Part shown: one piece after another, positions 28,645 to 38,042 of the stretch
Layout: every line of letters starts with the position of its first letter
Position numbering within the stretch: the stretch's first letter is position 1
Assembly (NCBI GenBank): GCA_041690295.1
Contig: JAWLHR010000003.1
Location: 158,305 to 222,304 of the forward strand
Direction: 5' to 3'
Length of the DNA stretch: 64,000 nt
Origin: Bdellovibrionales bacterium
GTDB lineage: Bacteria; Bdellovibrionota; Bdellovibrionia; Bdellovibrionales; UBA1609
Translations under genes and position numbers: made by a program
The notes under the pieces: generated by a model
The model's input: only the letters and a program-made list of their open reading frames with translations
Told to the model about the DNA's origin: nothing
Database searches by the model: none

Positions 28645-29595
28645 CCTGCAGCCAATGGTCCCGCGCGAATCATATTGTTGTGATAAACCGCATAGATGGC
28701 GAGATGAAGGCGCAATCTATGAGGAATTTTCGTTGTGCACCAGGTCTTCCTCACTAGCCTATTGATATTGGCTCGAAGCATCGCACACGTGTGATTCAAG
28801 CTAAAAAGTGGATCAAATCGGATCTTCTTCAATTCCCCCTGTCCGACAATCGAACCCCTTTGCCCCTTAAACCGCTCATGCGAATTTAAAGGAAAGTGAC
28901 GTCTTAAGATTTCCGGATACATTGGATTCTGATCGGATTTGAATTGCACATCAGGTGTGGTGAGTGACTTTAAACTTTCACAAAGTTCACTCAATGCTTT
29001 CGGCCTGAAGTCTGGTCTTGGGCCATATTTTTTACGTGAGATACGGGCGAGCTTTCCTTTGGCCGGCATCTGGGCCACTTGAAAACTTAAAATCCTTCTG
29101 GTCTTTGATTCAACGGCTAGTGGAACGGAGAGCGGTTTACATTTCGTATGTTCAAATGTCTCTAGTTCGTCGAATTCAACGACGGTAGCCGGCGGACAAC
29201 TATGATTTTGATGTTCAAGCTCATGTACGGCTTTTTGGCCAAGGAAAAGAAATTTTCGTTCAACCGTGGTTCGGGAAATGTGAAGCAGTTTTGCGATTCG
29301 CCGCTGGGAGACGCTTGAAGCTAAAAGTTTGTTGATGCGGTGATTGAGGTGACGCTTTTTTTGCCTAAAGCAGGGGTGAAAGGTGGCATAAGAAAAGTAT
29401 CTAGAGCAGCTAACGCAATAAAATCTTCGCACTCTTTTTCCGTCGGAGGTTCGGCGAAAAAATCCGGCTTTTTGAATACGCATCTGGCGATCGGACAATT
29501 CTTGTGATGAATGACAATAGGGGCAACTTGGTCGCATGCCCTGTGGTTAAGGGCAAAATTCTCGCCAGGATTTTCTGCAGGCTAGTGGGGCAGTT
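28631..29595. mobile_element. IS1-like element bounded by perfect 21-bp inverted repeats
   Basis: AACTGCCCCACTAGCCTGCAG (28631-28651) is the exact reverse complement of 29575-29595. The repeats enclose a single transposase-like ORF. Confidence 0.75.
28641..29537 (-). CDS. IS1-family-like transposase (InsA-like Zn ribbon and HTH fused to InsB-like catalytic domain)
   Basis: CPYC...CVSC, HTH SQRRIAKLLHISRTTV, FDELET, KSDQ and LRANINRLVRK. Confidence 0.75.
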   Translation of the reverse strand: MRPSCPYCHSSQELSDRQMRIQKAGFFRRTSDGKRVRRFYCVSCSRYFSYATFHPCFRQKKRHLNHRINKLLASSVSQRRIAKLLHISRTTVERKFLFLGQKAVHELEHQNHSCPPATVVEFDELETFEHTKCKPLSVPLAVESKTRRILSFQVAQMPAKGKLARISRKKYGPRPDFRPKALSELCESLKSLTTPDVQFKSDQNPMYPEILRRHFPLNSHERFKGQRGSIVGQGELKKIRFDPLFSLNHTCAMLRANINRLVRKTWCTTKIPHRLRLHLAIYAVYHNNMIRAGPLAAG

Positions 29596-29597
29596 CT

Positions 29598-30269
29598 TTA
29601 ATTTTTAGTTGCGGGATCCTTCCATCGGAGCCGAATGGAAAGAAAGTATTTCTCCGCATCGTTTTCGTCGATCGAGCGGATTTCGTAATCGTTCGCGTTC
29701 TTTTTTATGAAAAGAATCTGAAATTTTTCCGAGACATCCTGGTACACATCTTTGGGCGATTCAAATTTCTTGTCCGTGGCTGAAACCACAGGCTCGATTT
29801 TCCCATGGCGAACCACGAACCCGAACCGTCGCACATCCGAGATCGATTGGTCTTTGAGCGAATTGGACATCTCAAACAACTCGAGCGGGTTGACTTTTTG
29901 AACAACCAAGCGGCCGATGCCTTCCACGGAAAAATCAATATCCAGTCCGCCATTGGCGTTTCGCACGCAGCTTGTCTTGGCGACCAACTTTCCCGTGCGC
30001 TTGTCTGGCGCGTCCGTCACTTCGACCCGAAAATTAGTGGATTTATTTACGTAATAAAGCGTGGAGCTTTGGTATTCGTATTCACCACCGGCCAGTTCGC
30101 TGGCGAGGTTTTCAAGCGGCACGCTGGCTTCATTGGCCGCCAAATTCATGGTGAATGGAACGTAATTAGCCGGACATTGTTTTCCCGCCACTCGCCGGGA
30201 ACCGCCACCCCCGCATGAGGCTATAAAAGCGACGCAAGCAACTCCGCTAACTATTTGAAATAATTTCAT
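29598..30269 (-). CDS. Hypothetical lipoprotein
   Basis: Lipobox IASC followed by GGGG. Confidence 0.7.
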   Translation of the reverse strand: MKLFQIVSGVACVAFIASCGGGGSRRVAGKQCPANYVPFTMNLAANEASVPLENLASELAGGEYEYQSSTLYYVNKSTNFRVEVTDAPDKRTGKLVAKTSCVRNANGGLDIDFSVEGIGRLVVQKVNPLELFEMSNSLKDQSISDVRRFGFVVRHGKIEPVVSATDKKFESPKDVYQDVSEKFQILFIKKNANDYEIRSIDENDAEKYFLSIRLRWKDPATKN

Positions 30270-30324
30270 AATGACCCCACCTCGGATTCAAACCGGTTGG
30301 TTATAACACAAAGCGTCAAGAAGC

Positions 30325-30789
30325 TCAATTGGAATTGTTAGGCTGATAGGGCTCAAGCTTCTTTATATGCGGGTTATAGCGAAAAACGTTCAGGTGGGGA
30401 ACCAAATGCTGGTCGAAAGTGGGCGCTAGAAGTTCCATGGTGCCATCATCATCAATATCCGCGATGGCCAGGCGGGTGACATGACCCTGATAGTTGAACA
30501 GACCGTCGTGTTTATCAGGCAACAGGGCTCGATCAATGACCTCGCTTTTGCCGTCCGGGGTGAGTTTCACAACTTCAACCCAAATGCCTTCATTGTCGCG
30601 GTACTTGATAACTTTGGCTTTGCTGGAGTCGTTCAACACATCGCCCTCAGCGGTGGCGAGAATTTCCCTCCCCACTCCGCTCACGTAATCTTGCGCCGCT
30701 TGACGTACTGAAGGTGTGAGAACCGCGGCGACAAGGGCCGCGGCCATGAGCATGAAGATGCTGAATAAAAGCCATCGTTGTGCCGACAT
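30325..30789 (-). CDS. Hypothetical membrane-anchored protein
   Basis: N-terminal TM and FG-GAP/VCBS-like DIDDDGTMELL. Confidence 0.65.
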   Translation of the reverse strand: MSAQRWLLFSIFMLMAAALVAAVLTPSVRQAAQDYVSGVGREILATAEGDVLNDSSKAKVIKYRDNEGIWVEVVKLTPDGKSEVIDRALLPDKHDGLFNYQGHVTRLAIADIDDDGTMELLAPTFDQHLVPHLNVFRYNPHIKKLEPYQPNNSN

Positions 30790-30810
30790 TCGATTTATTC
30801 AAACAAATTT

Positions 30811-31485
30811 TTACCGCTTCAGCACCACAAAACTGTATTGCCGTCCGGCTTGGTCCTTATCACGCCTATGCGAGTGAAAATGGGGATTAGTTATCGTGTC
30901 CGCATCAATATCGACGATTTGTATACCTGGATAATGATGCAGCAATTGGTATTTGATCAGCTGGGCCAAATCGAAGAAGCATTTGTCCGGTGTTTGGTGC
31001 GGTCGGACGAGAGCGCCACTGTCATAACCTTTGGGAGTCGCGGCAAGAAGCTGATCACGCACATCCAATCCGATTTCAAAATTATCGAAGCGGATATGGG
31101 GACCGATGACGGCGAGATGAGGCGTTTGCCTGAAAAGTTCGCGTGATCGTCCCACGATATTGGCGGCCACTCCTCGCCAACCCGCGTGCAGGGCGCCCAC
31201 TTGATCTTGCGAGGCCAACAAAACAGGTGCGCAATCCGCGGTTTTAATCGCCAAGGCTCGGTGTTTCTGGTCTGTCACATGACCATCCGCCCGGTCGCCT
31301 TCTCCAGGTGTGCCTTCGACGATGTCGCGGCCATGGACCTGATGAAGGAAACAAAACTGATATGGGGAAAAACTTTGCTGAAGCCTTTCGCGGTCCAGAA
31401 GTTTTCCGCCGCAAACAAAGAGAACGTGATCACTCTCAACCTTATATCCAAGCCACTGGCCGTCGACTTCCAAATCTTCAATCAT
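30811..31485 (-). CDS. pgeF: Peptidoglycan editing factor / YfiH-family protein
   Basis: QVHG, ADGH, TADCAPV, HAGWRG and SHRR motifs. ATGA overlap with rluD. Confidence 0.9.
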   Translation of the reverse strand: MIEDLEVDGQWLGYKVESDHVLFVCGGKLLDRERLQQSFSPYQFCFLHQVHGRDIVEGTPGEGDRADGHVTDQKHRALAIKTADCAPVLLASQDQVGALHAGWRGVAANIVGRSRELFRQTPHLAVIGPHIRFDNFEIGLDVRDQLLAATPKGYDSGALVRPHQTPDKCFFDLAQLIKYQLLHHYPGIQIVDIDADTITNPHFHSHRRDKDQAGRQYSFVVLKR

Positions 31486-32414
31486 ATTTTGAATCCTAAT
31501 TTCTTTATGAACGATTCCAGGTCTGGTGGCCATGGGGTTTGAAAATGTAATTCCGTATGAGTTCGGGGATGCGTGAATCCCAGCTCCGTTGCGTGAAGCA
31601 TCAGCCGGGGAGCGGACTTTTTGAATCGTCCGCCGTAAATCGGATCACCGAGAATGGGATGTCCGGACTCCGACATGTGCACTCGGATTTGATGCGTGCG
31701 GCCGGTTTCAAGCCGACATTCGATCCACGAATAATCACGGGTGCGCTGAAGAGTCTTATAGTGAGTGATGGCCAGTTTGCCGCCCGCACTCTTGGCGGAG
31801 GCGAAGCGCTTGCGATCCGTGGGATGCCGGGCGAGGTGACTGTGAAAAGTGCCTGATGGTTGGGCAAAGGCTCCCGCCACGATCGCCCAATACACGCGCT
31901 TGGCCGTTTTGCTTTTAAACTGGGCCGCGAGGGCGTGATGAGCGGAATCGTTTTTGGCGACAACGAGTAATCCGCTGGTGTCGCGATCCAGTCGATGGAC
32001 AATGCCCGGTCTTCTTTCGGCGAATCCCATCGAAAGATTCGGAATATGATGAAGCAGAATATTGACGAGAGTGTCTTGGGCATGACCGGCCGCCGGGTGA
32101 ACCACAAGTCCCGCGGGTTTATTGATCACCACCACATCCTCATCCTGGTAAACGATTTCAAGCGGGGCGGCCAAGGGCTCAAGCGGTCCTTCCGCCGGCG
32201 TTCGCGGTATTTCGATTTGGATTTTCTCGCCGGGCGAAACACGAAACGAGGCCTTCAGTTTTCGGCCGTCAATGGTGACTAATCCTTCGCTGATCAACCA
32301 ACTCGCGCGCGAACGGGAGGAAATGTACTCCAGCTTGGCCAGCCATCGATCAAGCCTTTCACCGGCGGAATTTTCGTCAACCTCGGCGATGAAGGTTTCG
32401 CGATCAGGGCGCAC
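31482..32414 (-). CDS. rluD: RluA-family pseudouridine synthase (RluD-like)
   Basis: S4 domain, NKPAGLVVHP, HRLDRDTSG and TGRTHQIRVH motifs. Confidence 0.92.
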   Translation of the reverse strand: MRPDRETFIAEVDENSAGERLDRWLAKLEYISSRSRASWLISEGLVTIDGRKLKASFRVSPGEKIQIEIPRTPAEGPLEPLAAPLEIVYQDEDVVVINKPAGLVVHPAAGHAQDTLVNILLHHIPNLSMGFAERRPGIVHRLDRDTSGLLVVAKNDSAHHALAAQFKSKTAKRVYWAIVAGAFAQPSGTFHSHLARHPTDRKRFASAKSAGGKLAITHYKTLQRTRDYSWIECRLETGRTHQIRVHMSESGHPILGDPIYGGRFKKSAPRLMLHATELGFTHPRTHTELHFQTPWPPDLESFIKKLGFKI

Positions 32415-33114
32415 GTTTCTTAGGTTTGAAATATTTCATGTAGGCGTCGGCGATTTTCTTTTCATCAAGCCCCAGCGTTTTCGCCACGCCGACCACGAAT
32501 CCACGGGTGAAAACGGGAACGGGTAAAGAATCAATGTCGTTTGATTCCAAAGCCACTAAAGTGGATTTGCTAACGCGAATTTCATCGGCCATTTGTTCGA
32601 TTGAAACACCTTTGTAAAGGCGAATCTTCTGAAGGAACTCGCCATCACATTCCTGGACATTGGCGATTTCAGCTTCGATTTCAGGATTGATTTCATAAAC
32701 ACTGAACCTCGTGCGCGCGAAACCATTCGGCAGGTCTTCGCTCTTCGCCACGGATCGAACCACCTTCACCGGGCCAACCCAGTTTTCGTCGACCTTTTTC
32801 TTGGCTTCTTCGGCCGAGTATTTTGTGACGGGTTGGTCTTTCGTGCTTCGTAAGGGCGCTTGGGGTTGAACCAATCCCAGCTTGACGTCATATTCGCGGC
32901 GTCGCGCTTGATGGGAAAGTGTTTGATACGCTTCCTCGATCAGCTGCAAGAGCTGTTGCGCTTCCTCGGGCGAAAACATGCTGTAGAGGGCCGGGCTCGA
33001 CGGAGAATAAGTGTTTCTCGCCCTCTGATAAGCATTATAGATTTCCGTCGGTCCCGCCGTCGGCGGAACTTCCAGAATTTCGTAATAAGTTTGATGGTTC
33101 TGTCGATCACTCAT
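32404..33114 (-). CDS. Degenerate J-domain plus RodZ-like HTH protein
   Basis: TYYEILEV...AYQTLS...RREYD and C-terminal GEFLQKIR...LPVPVFTRGFV. Confidence 0.8.
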   Translation of the reverse strand: MSDRQNHQTYYEILEVPPTAGPTEIYNAYQRARNTYSPSSPALYSMFSPEEAQQLLQLIEEAYQTLSHQARRREYDVKLGLVQPQAPLRSTKDQPVTKYSAEEAKKKVDENWVGPVKVVRSVAKSEDLPNGFARTRFSVYEINPEIEAEIANVQECDGEFLQKIRLYKGVSIEQMADEIRVSKSTLVALESNDIDSLPVPVFTRGFVVGVAKTLGLDEKKIADAYMKYFKPKKRAP

Positions 33115-33124
33115 GGATGTAAAA

Positions 33125-34096
33125 TTATACCACAGCTTTCAGCTGATGGGATTTGACTAGCTTGCGCGCCAAGCCCATCAATTGAGCGTACAAGTGACTC
33201 TGTCGGTTCGCCATCAAAAGATGATTTCTTTGGCGGAGTGACTGCCATACCGCATTATCATATTCAAGTCCGACCAGGAAATCACAGGGGAAGCCGAAAT
33301 ACTTGTTACAAACCGATTGCAGTGAGTAACCCATTTCAATTTCCTGTCGTGTGCGGGCCTGATTCAGAACGATTTCGAAATTCAGATCATTAAGTATATT
33401 TTTAAGCTTTACTCCCAAAACCGGTTCGCGCTCGACGATGACGCGCATAAAGTCCGCCGGATTTTTGATATTGTGCTTTGCTTTGTTGTTCAGCAACTCA
33501 TCAATCTGGTTTTTCAACTGAAGCTGGTGTTCGTAACGGCGAAGTTTGCGGAAAAAGCTGGCTTTCAAAAATCTATAGGCGTTCTCAATGCTCGAGGGAT
33601 CCGGCGTGATCACGACGATTTTGTGTTTGGCCATTAAAAAGAAATCCAGTGTCGAATGGTGGGTTCCGGCACTCAAATCCAAAACGGTGAAATCGGTTTT
33701 GTAGCGGAAAATCGCGGACATGACTCGCGATCGTTGCAACTCATCCACGTTGGCCACATCGAGCACGTCACTAGAACCACTGATCAATTTGAGCTTGGGC
33801 CAGTTGGTATTCTGAATCAATTCTTTGAACTCCAGCTCGGGATTCACAATGAATTCGTTGATCCCGCGGTTTGATAAAGGCGCGCCCAAATTGGTGTGAA
33901 GGTTCGCGCCTCCCAAATCAAGATCGATGGCTAGAGTGTCATAACCCAACTGAGCTAGAAAGATCGCGATGCTTGAACTGACAAAGGATTTTCCGACGCC
34001 GCCCTTGCCCCCGCCGACGGCAATAATCGTGGAGCCGGGCTCGACGCGGCCACGCAGTGGTGCGAATTCTGCGGTGTGATGTTTCTTCGAACTCAC
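33125..34096 (-). CDS. MinD/ParA/FlhG-family ATPase
   Basis: Deviant Walker A GGKGGVGKS, DLDLGGANLH and TPDPSSIENAY. Confidence 0.9.
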   Translation of the reverse strand: MSSKKHHTAEFAPLRGRVEPGSTIIAVGGGKGGVGKSFVSSSIAIFLAQLGYDTLAIDLDLGGANLHTNLGAPLSNRGINEFIVNPELEFKELIQNTNWPKLKLISGSSDVLDVANVDELQRSRVMSAIFRYKTDFTVLDLSAGTHHSTLDFFLMAKHKIVVITPDPSSIENAYRFLKASFFRKLRRYEHQLQLKNQIDELLNNKAKHNIKNPADFMRVIVEREPVLGVKLKNILNDLNFEIVLNQARTRQEIEMGYSLQSVCNKYFGFPCDFLVGLEYDNAVWQSLRQRNHLLMANRQSHLYAQLMGLARKLVKSHQLKAVV

Positions 34097-34752
34097 TTTT
34101 TCAACAGACCTTTCAACAACTTCTCTTCGGCCTCGGAGCGTCGAATATAAACAGGATTGATCTCATTCCAGGTCCGGAAAATTGTCGCGTCAGGACGTTG
34201 ATCCAGGAAGTACAGTAAATCGACGGCGTTTAAATCGGGTGAAAAATCAGCGGTCTTTCTCTCAATCAGGATCTTGGTATAGGCGTTGGCCATCGTCACA
34301 AGCTCGGTGTCCGCGACCGAGCTCGGAGCCAACATCTCGCTCAGACCCTTGGCGGTCAGTTTAAATCCCGCGGCATAATAAAAGTTTTGAATGGCGCGAA
34401 TCGCGACAAACACCGACTCTTCGTCGCGACCATACTTGTTCGCCAAAAGGGCCAGAGTGCCGAGGGAAGCGATCGGGCGATCAAACGAATAGGCGAGTGT
34501 CCGGGTGAGGTTCACGCCCACGCGAAGACCGGTGAAGGAACCGGGGCCGGTGTTCACCAGGTAGCGGTCAATGGCTTCCAGCTTGATTTTCGCCTTATCG
34601 AGCAGTTCGGACAGTTGAACCGTGGCGATTTCCGAGTGGATCGCCTTTTTCTGCCATTGATTCTGCCAAAATGTATCCAGCCGGCCATCGATGAAGCGGC
34701 CAAGCGCCAGCGAGCCGGTCGGCCCGCTGGTTTCTACTGCAAGAACTAGCAT
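34093..34752 (-). CDS. tsaB: tRNA t6A biosynthesis protein TsaB
   Basis: LAVETS, GPGSFTGLRVG and PVYIRRSEAE motifs. Confidence 0.93.
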   Translation of the reverse strand: MLVLAVETSGPTGSLALGRFIDGRLDTFWQNQWQKKAIHSEIATVQLSELLDKAKIKLEAIDRYLVNTGPGSFTGLRVGVNLTRTLAYSFDRPIASLGTLALLANKYGRDEESVFVAIRAIQNFYYAAGFKLTAKGLSEMLAPSSVADTELVTMANAYTKILIERKTADFSPDLNAVDLLYFLDQRPDATIFRTWNEINPVYIRRSEAEEKLLKGLLKK

Positions 34753-34758
34753 TCGCGC

Positions 34759-36444
34759 CTACCAGCGGTTGAGCCAATTGGTAATATCATTGAAAAACGC
34801 AAATGCCATCAGGAACATCAGCAACATGAGACCGATTTGCTGGGCCAGTTCCATCTTTCTCAATGACAGCGGCGTGCCTTTAACGATTTCAATGGCGTAG
34901 AAAAGAAGGTGTCCGCCATCCAATACCGGAACCGGCAGAAGATTGATCAGGAAAAGGTTGATCGAAATGATGGCCATGGTTTGAAGAAAGATAGAAAGTC
35001 CCGCTTCAAATGAATGCGAGGCCACCCGGCCGATCGTGATCACGCCGCCGATGTTTTTGGCGGAAACTTCCCCTTGCACCAGCCGCACCACACTCATCAC
35101 GATGAATTCCGTCCATCTCACCGTGTCGCTCAAGCCCTGGGACATCATCTGGCCGAGACCGGAAACCCGGTAAAAAACAGGGTCGCTCATGGCTGGAATA
35201 AATCCGGGAGTGATGCCGATGGTGAACCGGCGTTCCTCTTGGCCTTTCATCGTCATCAACTCCGTCATTTCGGGCTTGATGAGAAAGGTCTTTTCTTCGC
35301 CGTCGCGAAGAACTGTGAACTGAATCCCTTCCGTATTGGGATCATAAGATTTCACGAGATTCAAAACATCGGTCCATGCATGGACTTCTTCATTATTGAT
35401 TCTAAGGACGCGATCGCCGCTGCGCACGCCGGCCAGATCCGCGGGGGCCCCTTTCTTGATTTGAAAGATGTAAAGCTCCGCCGGCTCAAGACCCAGTTTT
35501 GCGACGAGATCCGAACCGGTTTCACGCGGAAGTTCCAAGGACACTTCACGGATGTTCTCCGGTTTGTCGGGAGCCGTGAGATCGCGTGCCTGAACCGTCA
35601 CCGAGGTCTTTCCGCTTTCAATCGCTTTTTCGAACAGTGGATTCAAGTCGCGCCAAAAGCTGACCTTTTGCCCGTCAATGGAAAGGATCAAGTCAAGAGG
35701 CTTTAAGCCCGCCACACCCGCGGCGCTCTTGGGATCACGCACGCCCACGACCGCTGAGCGGGATTCAGGAGTGAAGCCCTCGATCTGACCCACGATCGGC
35801 TGCGTGCTGAATATATTCTCGTTTTCCGCCAACTGCGGTGAGGCTTCTATTTTAAGCGGTTGAGGTTCGCCATTTCTCTCCACCGTGAATTCGAGAACTC
35901 GTCCGCCCGAAGCTTCAATCGTCCTGCGGATGTGATTCCAGGTGGGCATGGGCTTGCCGTTAATGGCGCTGATTTTATCGCCGGAGCGAAATCCGGCGGC
36001 GAAGGCTTTCGTGTTTTCCGCCACATCGCCGATGTAGGGACCCGTCACCTCGGAACCGATACCGGCGATCGCCGTGAACACGAAAACAGCGAAAAATAAA
36101 TTCATCAGAGGACCGGCGAGAACAATGGCCACTCTCTGCATAACCGGCTTCGCCAAGAAAGCATGGGGCTTTTGATCTTCGGGAATTTCGCGGCTCGGAT
36201 CATCGCCAAACATTTTGACGTATCCGCCGAGCGGAATGGCGCTGATACAATAAACCGTGTCGCCGTACTTATAACTCAGGATTTTTTTTCCGAATCCCAA
36301 GCTGAACGTTTCCACGCGCACGCCGAAGAATTTAGCCACCAAAAAGTGACCCAATTCATGCACGAAGATCAATAACCCAAGGAGAATGAAGAAAGGAGCC
36401 ACATTGGACAAGACAAGACCGAAGCCGTCGATAATCGCAGACAT
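34759..36444 (-). CDS. rseP: RIP metalloprotease RseP with multiple PDZ domains
   Basis: HELGH, GGYVKM, AGPLMN and NLLPVPVLDGG motifs. Confidence 0.96.
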   Translation of the reverse strand: MSAIIDGFGLVLSNVAPFFILLGLLIFVHELGHFLVAKFFGVRVETFSLGFGKKILSYKYGDTVYCISAIPLGGYVKMFGDDPSREIPEDQKPHAFLAKPVMQRVAIVLAGPLMNLFFAVFVFTAIAGIGSEVTGPYIGDVAENTKAFAAGFRSGDKISAINGKPMPTWNHIRRTIEASGGRVLEFTVERNGEPQPLKIEASPQLAENENIFSTQPIVGQIEGFTPESRSAVVGVRDPKSAAGVAGLKPLDLILSIDGQKVSFWRDLNPLFEKAIESGKTSVTVQARDLTAPDKPENIREVSLELPRETGSDLVAKLGLEPAELYIFQIKKGAPADLAGVRSGDRVLRINNEEVHAWTDVLNLVKSYDPNTEGIQFTVLRDGEEKTFLIKPEMTELMTMKGQEERRFTIGITPGFIPAMSDPVFYRVSGLGQMMSQGLSDTVRWTEFIVMSVVRLVQGEVSAKNIGGVITIGRVASHSFEAGLSIFLQTMAIISINLFLINLLPVPVLDGGHLLFYAIEIVKGTPLSLRKMELAQQIGLMLLMFLMAFAFFNDITNWLNRW

Positions 36445-36485
36445 AAATCAGATTGTAAGAAGGAATCGGCGTCACCGCCAGTTTT

Positions 36486-37319
36486 TTAGGTGGGCGTGAC
36501 GTAAAGCGCGAAGGTGTATACCAACGGACAGGCGATAAATATTCCATCAAGACGGTCCAGAATGCCTCCATGACCTGGCATGATATGACCCGAATCTTTC
36601 ACTCGCGCCACACGTTTTACCAGCGACATGATCAAATCACCCGACTGCGCGGCCAATCCGCAAAGGATGCAGAACAAAACAAATTGATACCAAGGAACGA
36701 AGGGAAACACGATTGCCGCATGAACCGTCCCGCCCAAAGCCGAGCCGATCAATCCGCTCACGGCCCCTTCGATGGTTTTTTTGGGGGAAACTTCCGGCAT
36801 CAAACGGTGTTTACCGAAAAACCGGCCTCCGAAATAAGCGAAGGTGTCGCCGAAAAACACCACAATCATTAGGAATAAAAACCACTGTTCACCATTTTCG
36901 GTTTTTATTGTTTGAACGGCGAAGTTCGGCAAAAGCACGCAATACGCCATGCCGAATGTACCAAAGGCCAGTGCGGGTAAGAGCGCGTCATTGCTCACCT
37001 TCGATCGGCAAAGCCAAAGGGTGCCCGATAAAAAAAGTACATTCGCCAAGGCGAACCACAAGAGACCGAGTTCGTACCAATCGGTCATGGCGATATAAAA
37101 AAGAATGGACGTAAACCAAAATAGATAAGTCACGCTCGCGGGAATCACGTCTTTCTTAAACGCAAGACGCGAAAACTCACGAATACCCAGTATGATCGCC
37201 ACGGAACACACCACATACAGGCCGAACTTTCCTCCGAACCACCCCAACGCCAAAACCAATGATGCCGCGAGAACCGCGGAAATCACTCGTTTTAAAAAGG
37301 TGGTTTTCGTGTCCGCCAT
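36486..37319 (-). CDS. cdsA: Phosphatidate cytidylyltransferase
   Basis: DTFAYFGG, SPKKTIEG and KDSGHIMPGHGGILDRLD motifs. Confidence 0.96.
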   Translation of the reverse strand: MADTKTTFLKRVISAVLAASLVLALGWFGGKFGLYVVCSVAIILGIREFSRLAFKKDVIPASVTYLFWFTSILFYIAMTDWYELGLLWFALANVLFLSGTLWLCRSKVSNDALLPALAFGTFGMAYCVLLPNFAVQTIKTENGEQWFLFLMIVVFFGDTFAYFGGRFFGKHRLMPEVSPKKTIEGAVSGLIGSALGGTVHAAIVFPFVPWYQFVLFCILCGLAAQSGDLIMSLVKRVARVKDSGHIMPGHGGILDRLDGIFIACPLVYTFALYVTPT

Positions 37320-37322
37320 TAT

Positions 37323-38042
37323 TTAAGAAGGCTGAAGTTGTTCGCTGATGCGCCCAAAGCGGCGTTCAGCCGAACCAAACTGGTTGAGTATGCGATGAAG
37401 GTCATGAATTTTGAAGTCCGGCCACGCCGCGGGTTCGAATTCGATTTCACTGTAGGCCGCTTGCCACAGGAAAAAATTGGAAATCCGTTTCTCTCCGCTG
37501 GTGCGGATGATCAAGTCGGGATCCGGAAGAAAAGAGGTCGGCATCAGATTGGCCACCAGGGCTTCGTCCACGTCCTCTTCCGACAATGTTCCTTCGGCCG
37601 CCTGTCGCGCGATCTCGCGGGCCATTTGCGCGATTTCCTGGCGTCCGCCATAGGAAAGCGCGAAGGTGAGAATCATTCCTGTGTTGCGTGAAGTGATCTC
37701 GAGCGTCTCCATCACCACCGCCTGAACGGGTTCGGGCAGGCGGCGGACGTCGCCGGCGACCTGAAAGCGAATATTATTTCGCATCAGAGCCTCGCGCTCC
37801 CGGATCAATTGGCGCTGGAGCAGGTGCATGAGAAAAGAAACTTCTTCAAGCGGTCGATACCAGTTCTCGGTGCTGAAGGCGAACAGCGTCAGATGCGGAA
37901 TTTTCAATCGCGCACATTCTTCAATGACGGCTTTGGCCACTTTGGCTCCGCGAATGTGGCCAAAAACGCGATTGTGGCGGCGCGCTTTCGCCCACCGCCC
38001 GTTACCGTCCATAATGATGGCTAAATGGCGCGGAAGTTTCAT
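37323..38042 (-). CDS. uppS: Undecaprenyl diphosphate synthase
   Basis: HLAIIMDGNGRWA, FSTENW and RTSGEKRISNF motifs. Confidence 0.97.
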   Translation of the reverse strand: MKLPRHLAIIMDGNGRWAKARRHNRVFGHIRGAKVAKAVIEECARLKIPHLTLFAFSTENWYRPLEEVSFLMHLLQRQLIREREALMRNNIRFQVAGDVRRLPEPVQAVVMETLEITSRNTGMILTFALSYGGRQEIAQMAREIARQAAEGTLSEEDVDEALVANLMPTSFLPDPDLIIRTSGEKRISNFFLWQAAYSEIEFEPAAWPDFKIHDLHRILNQFGSAERRFGRISEQLQPS

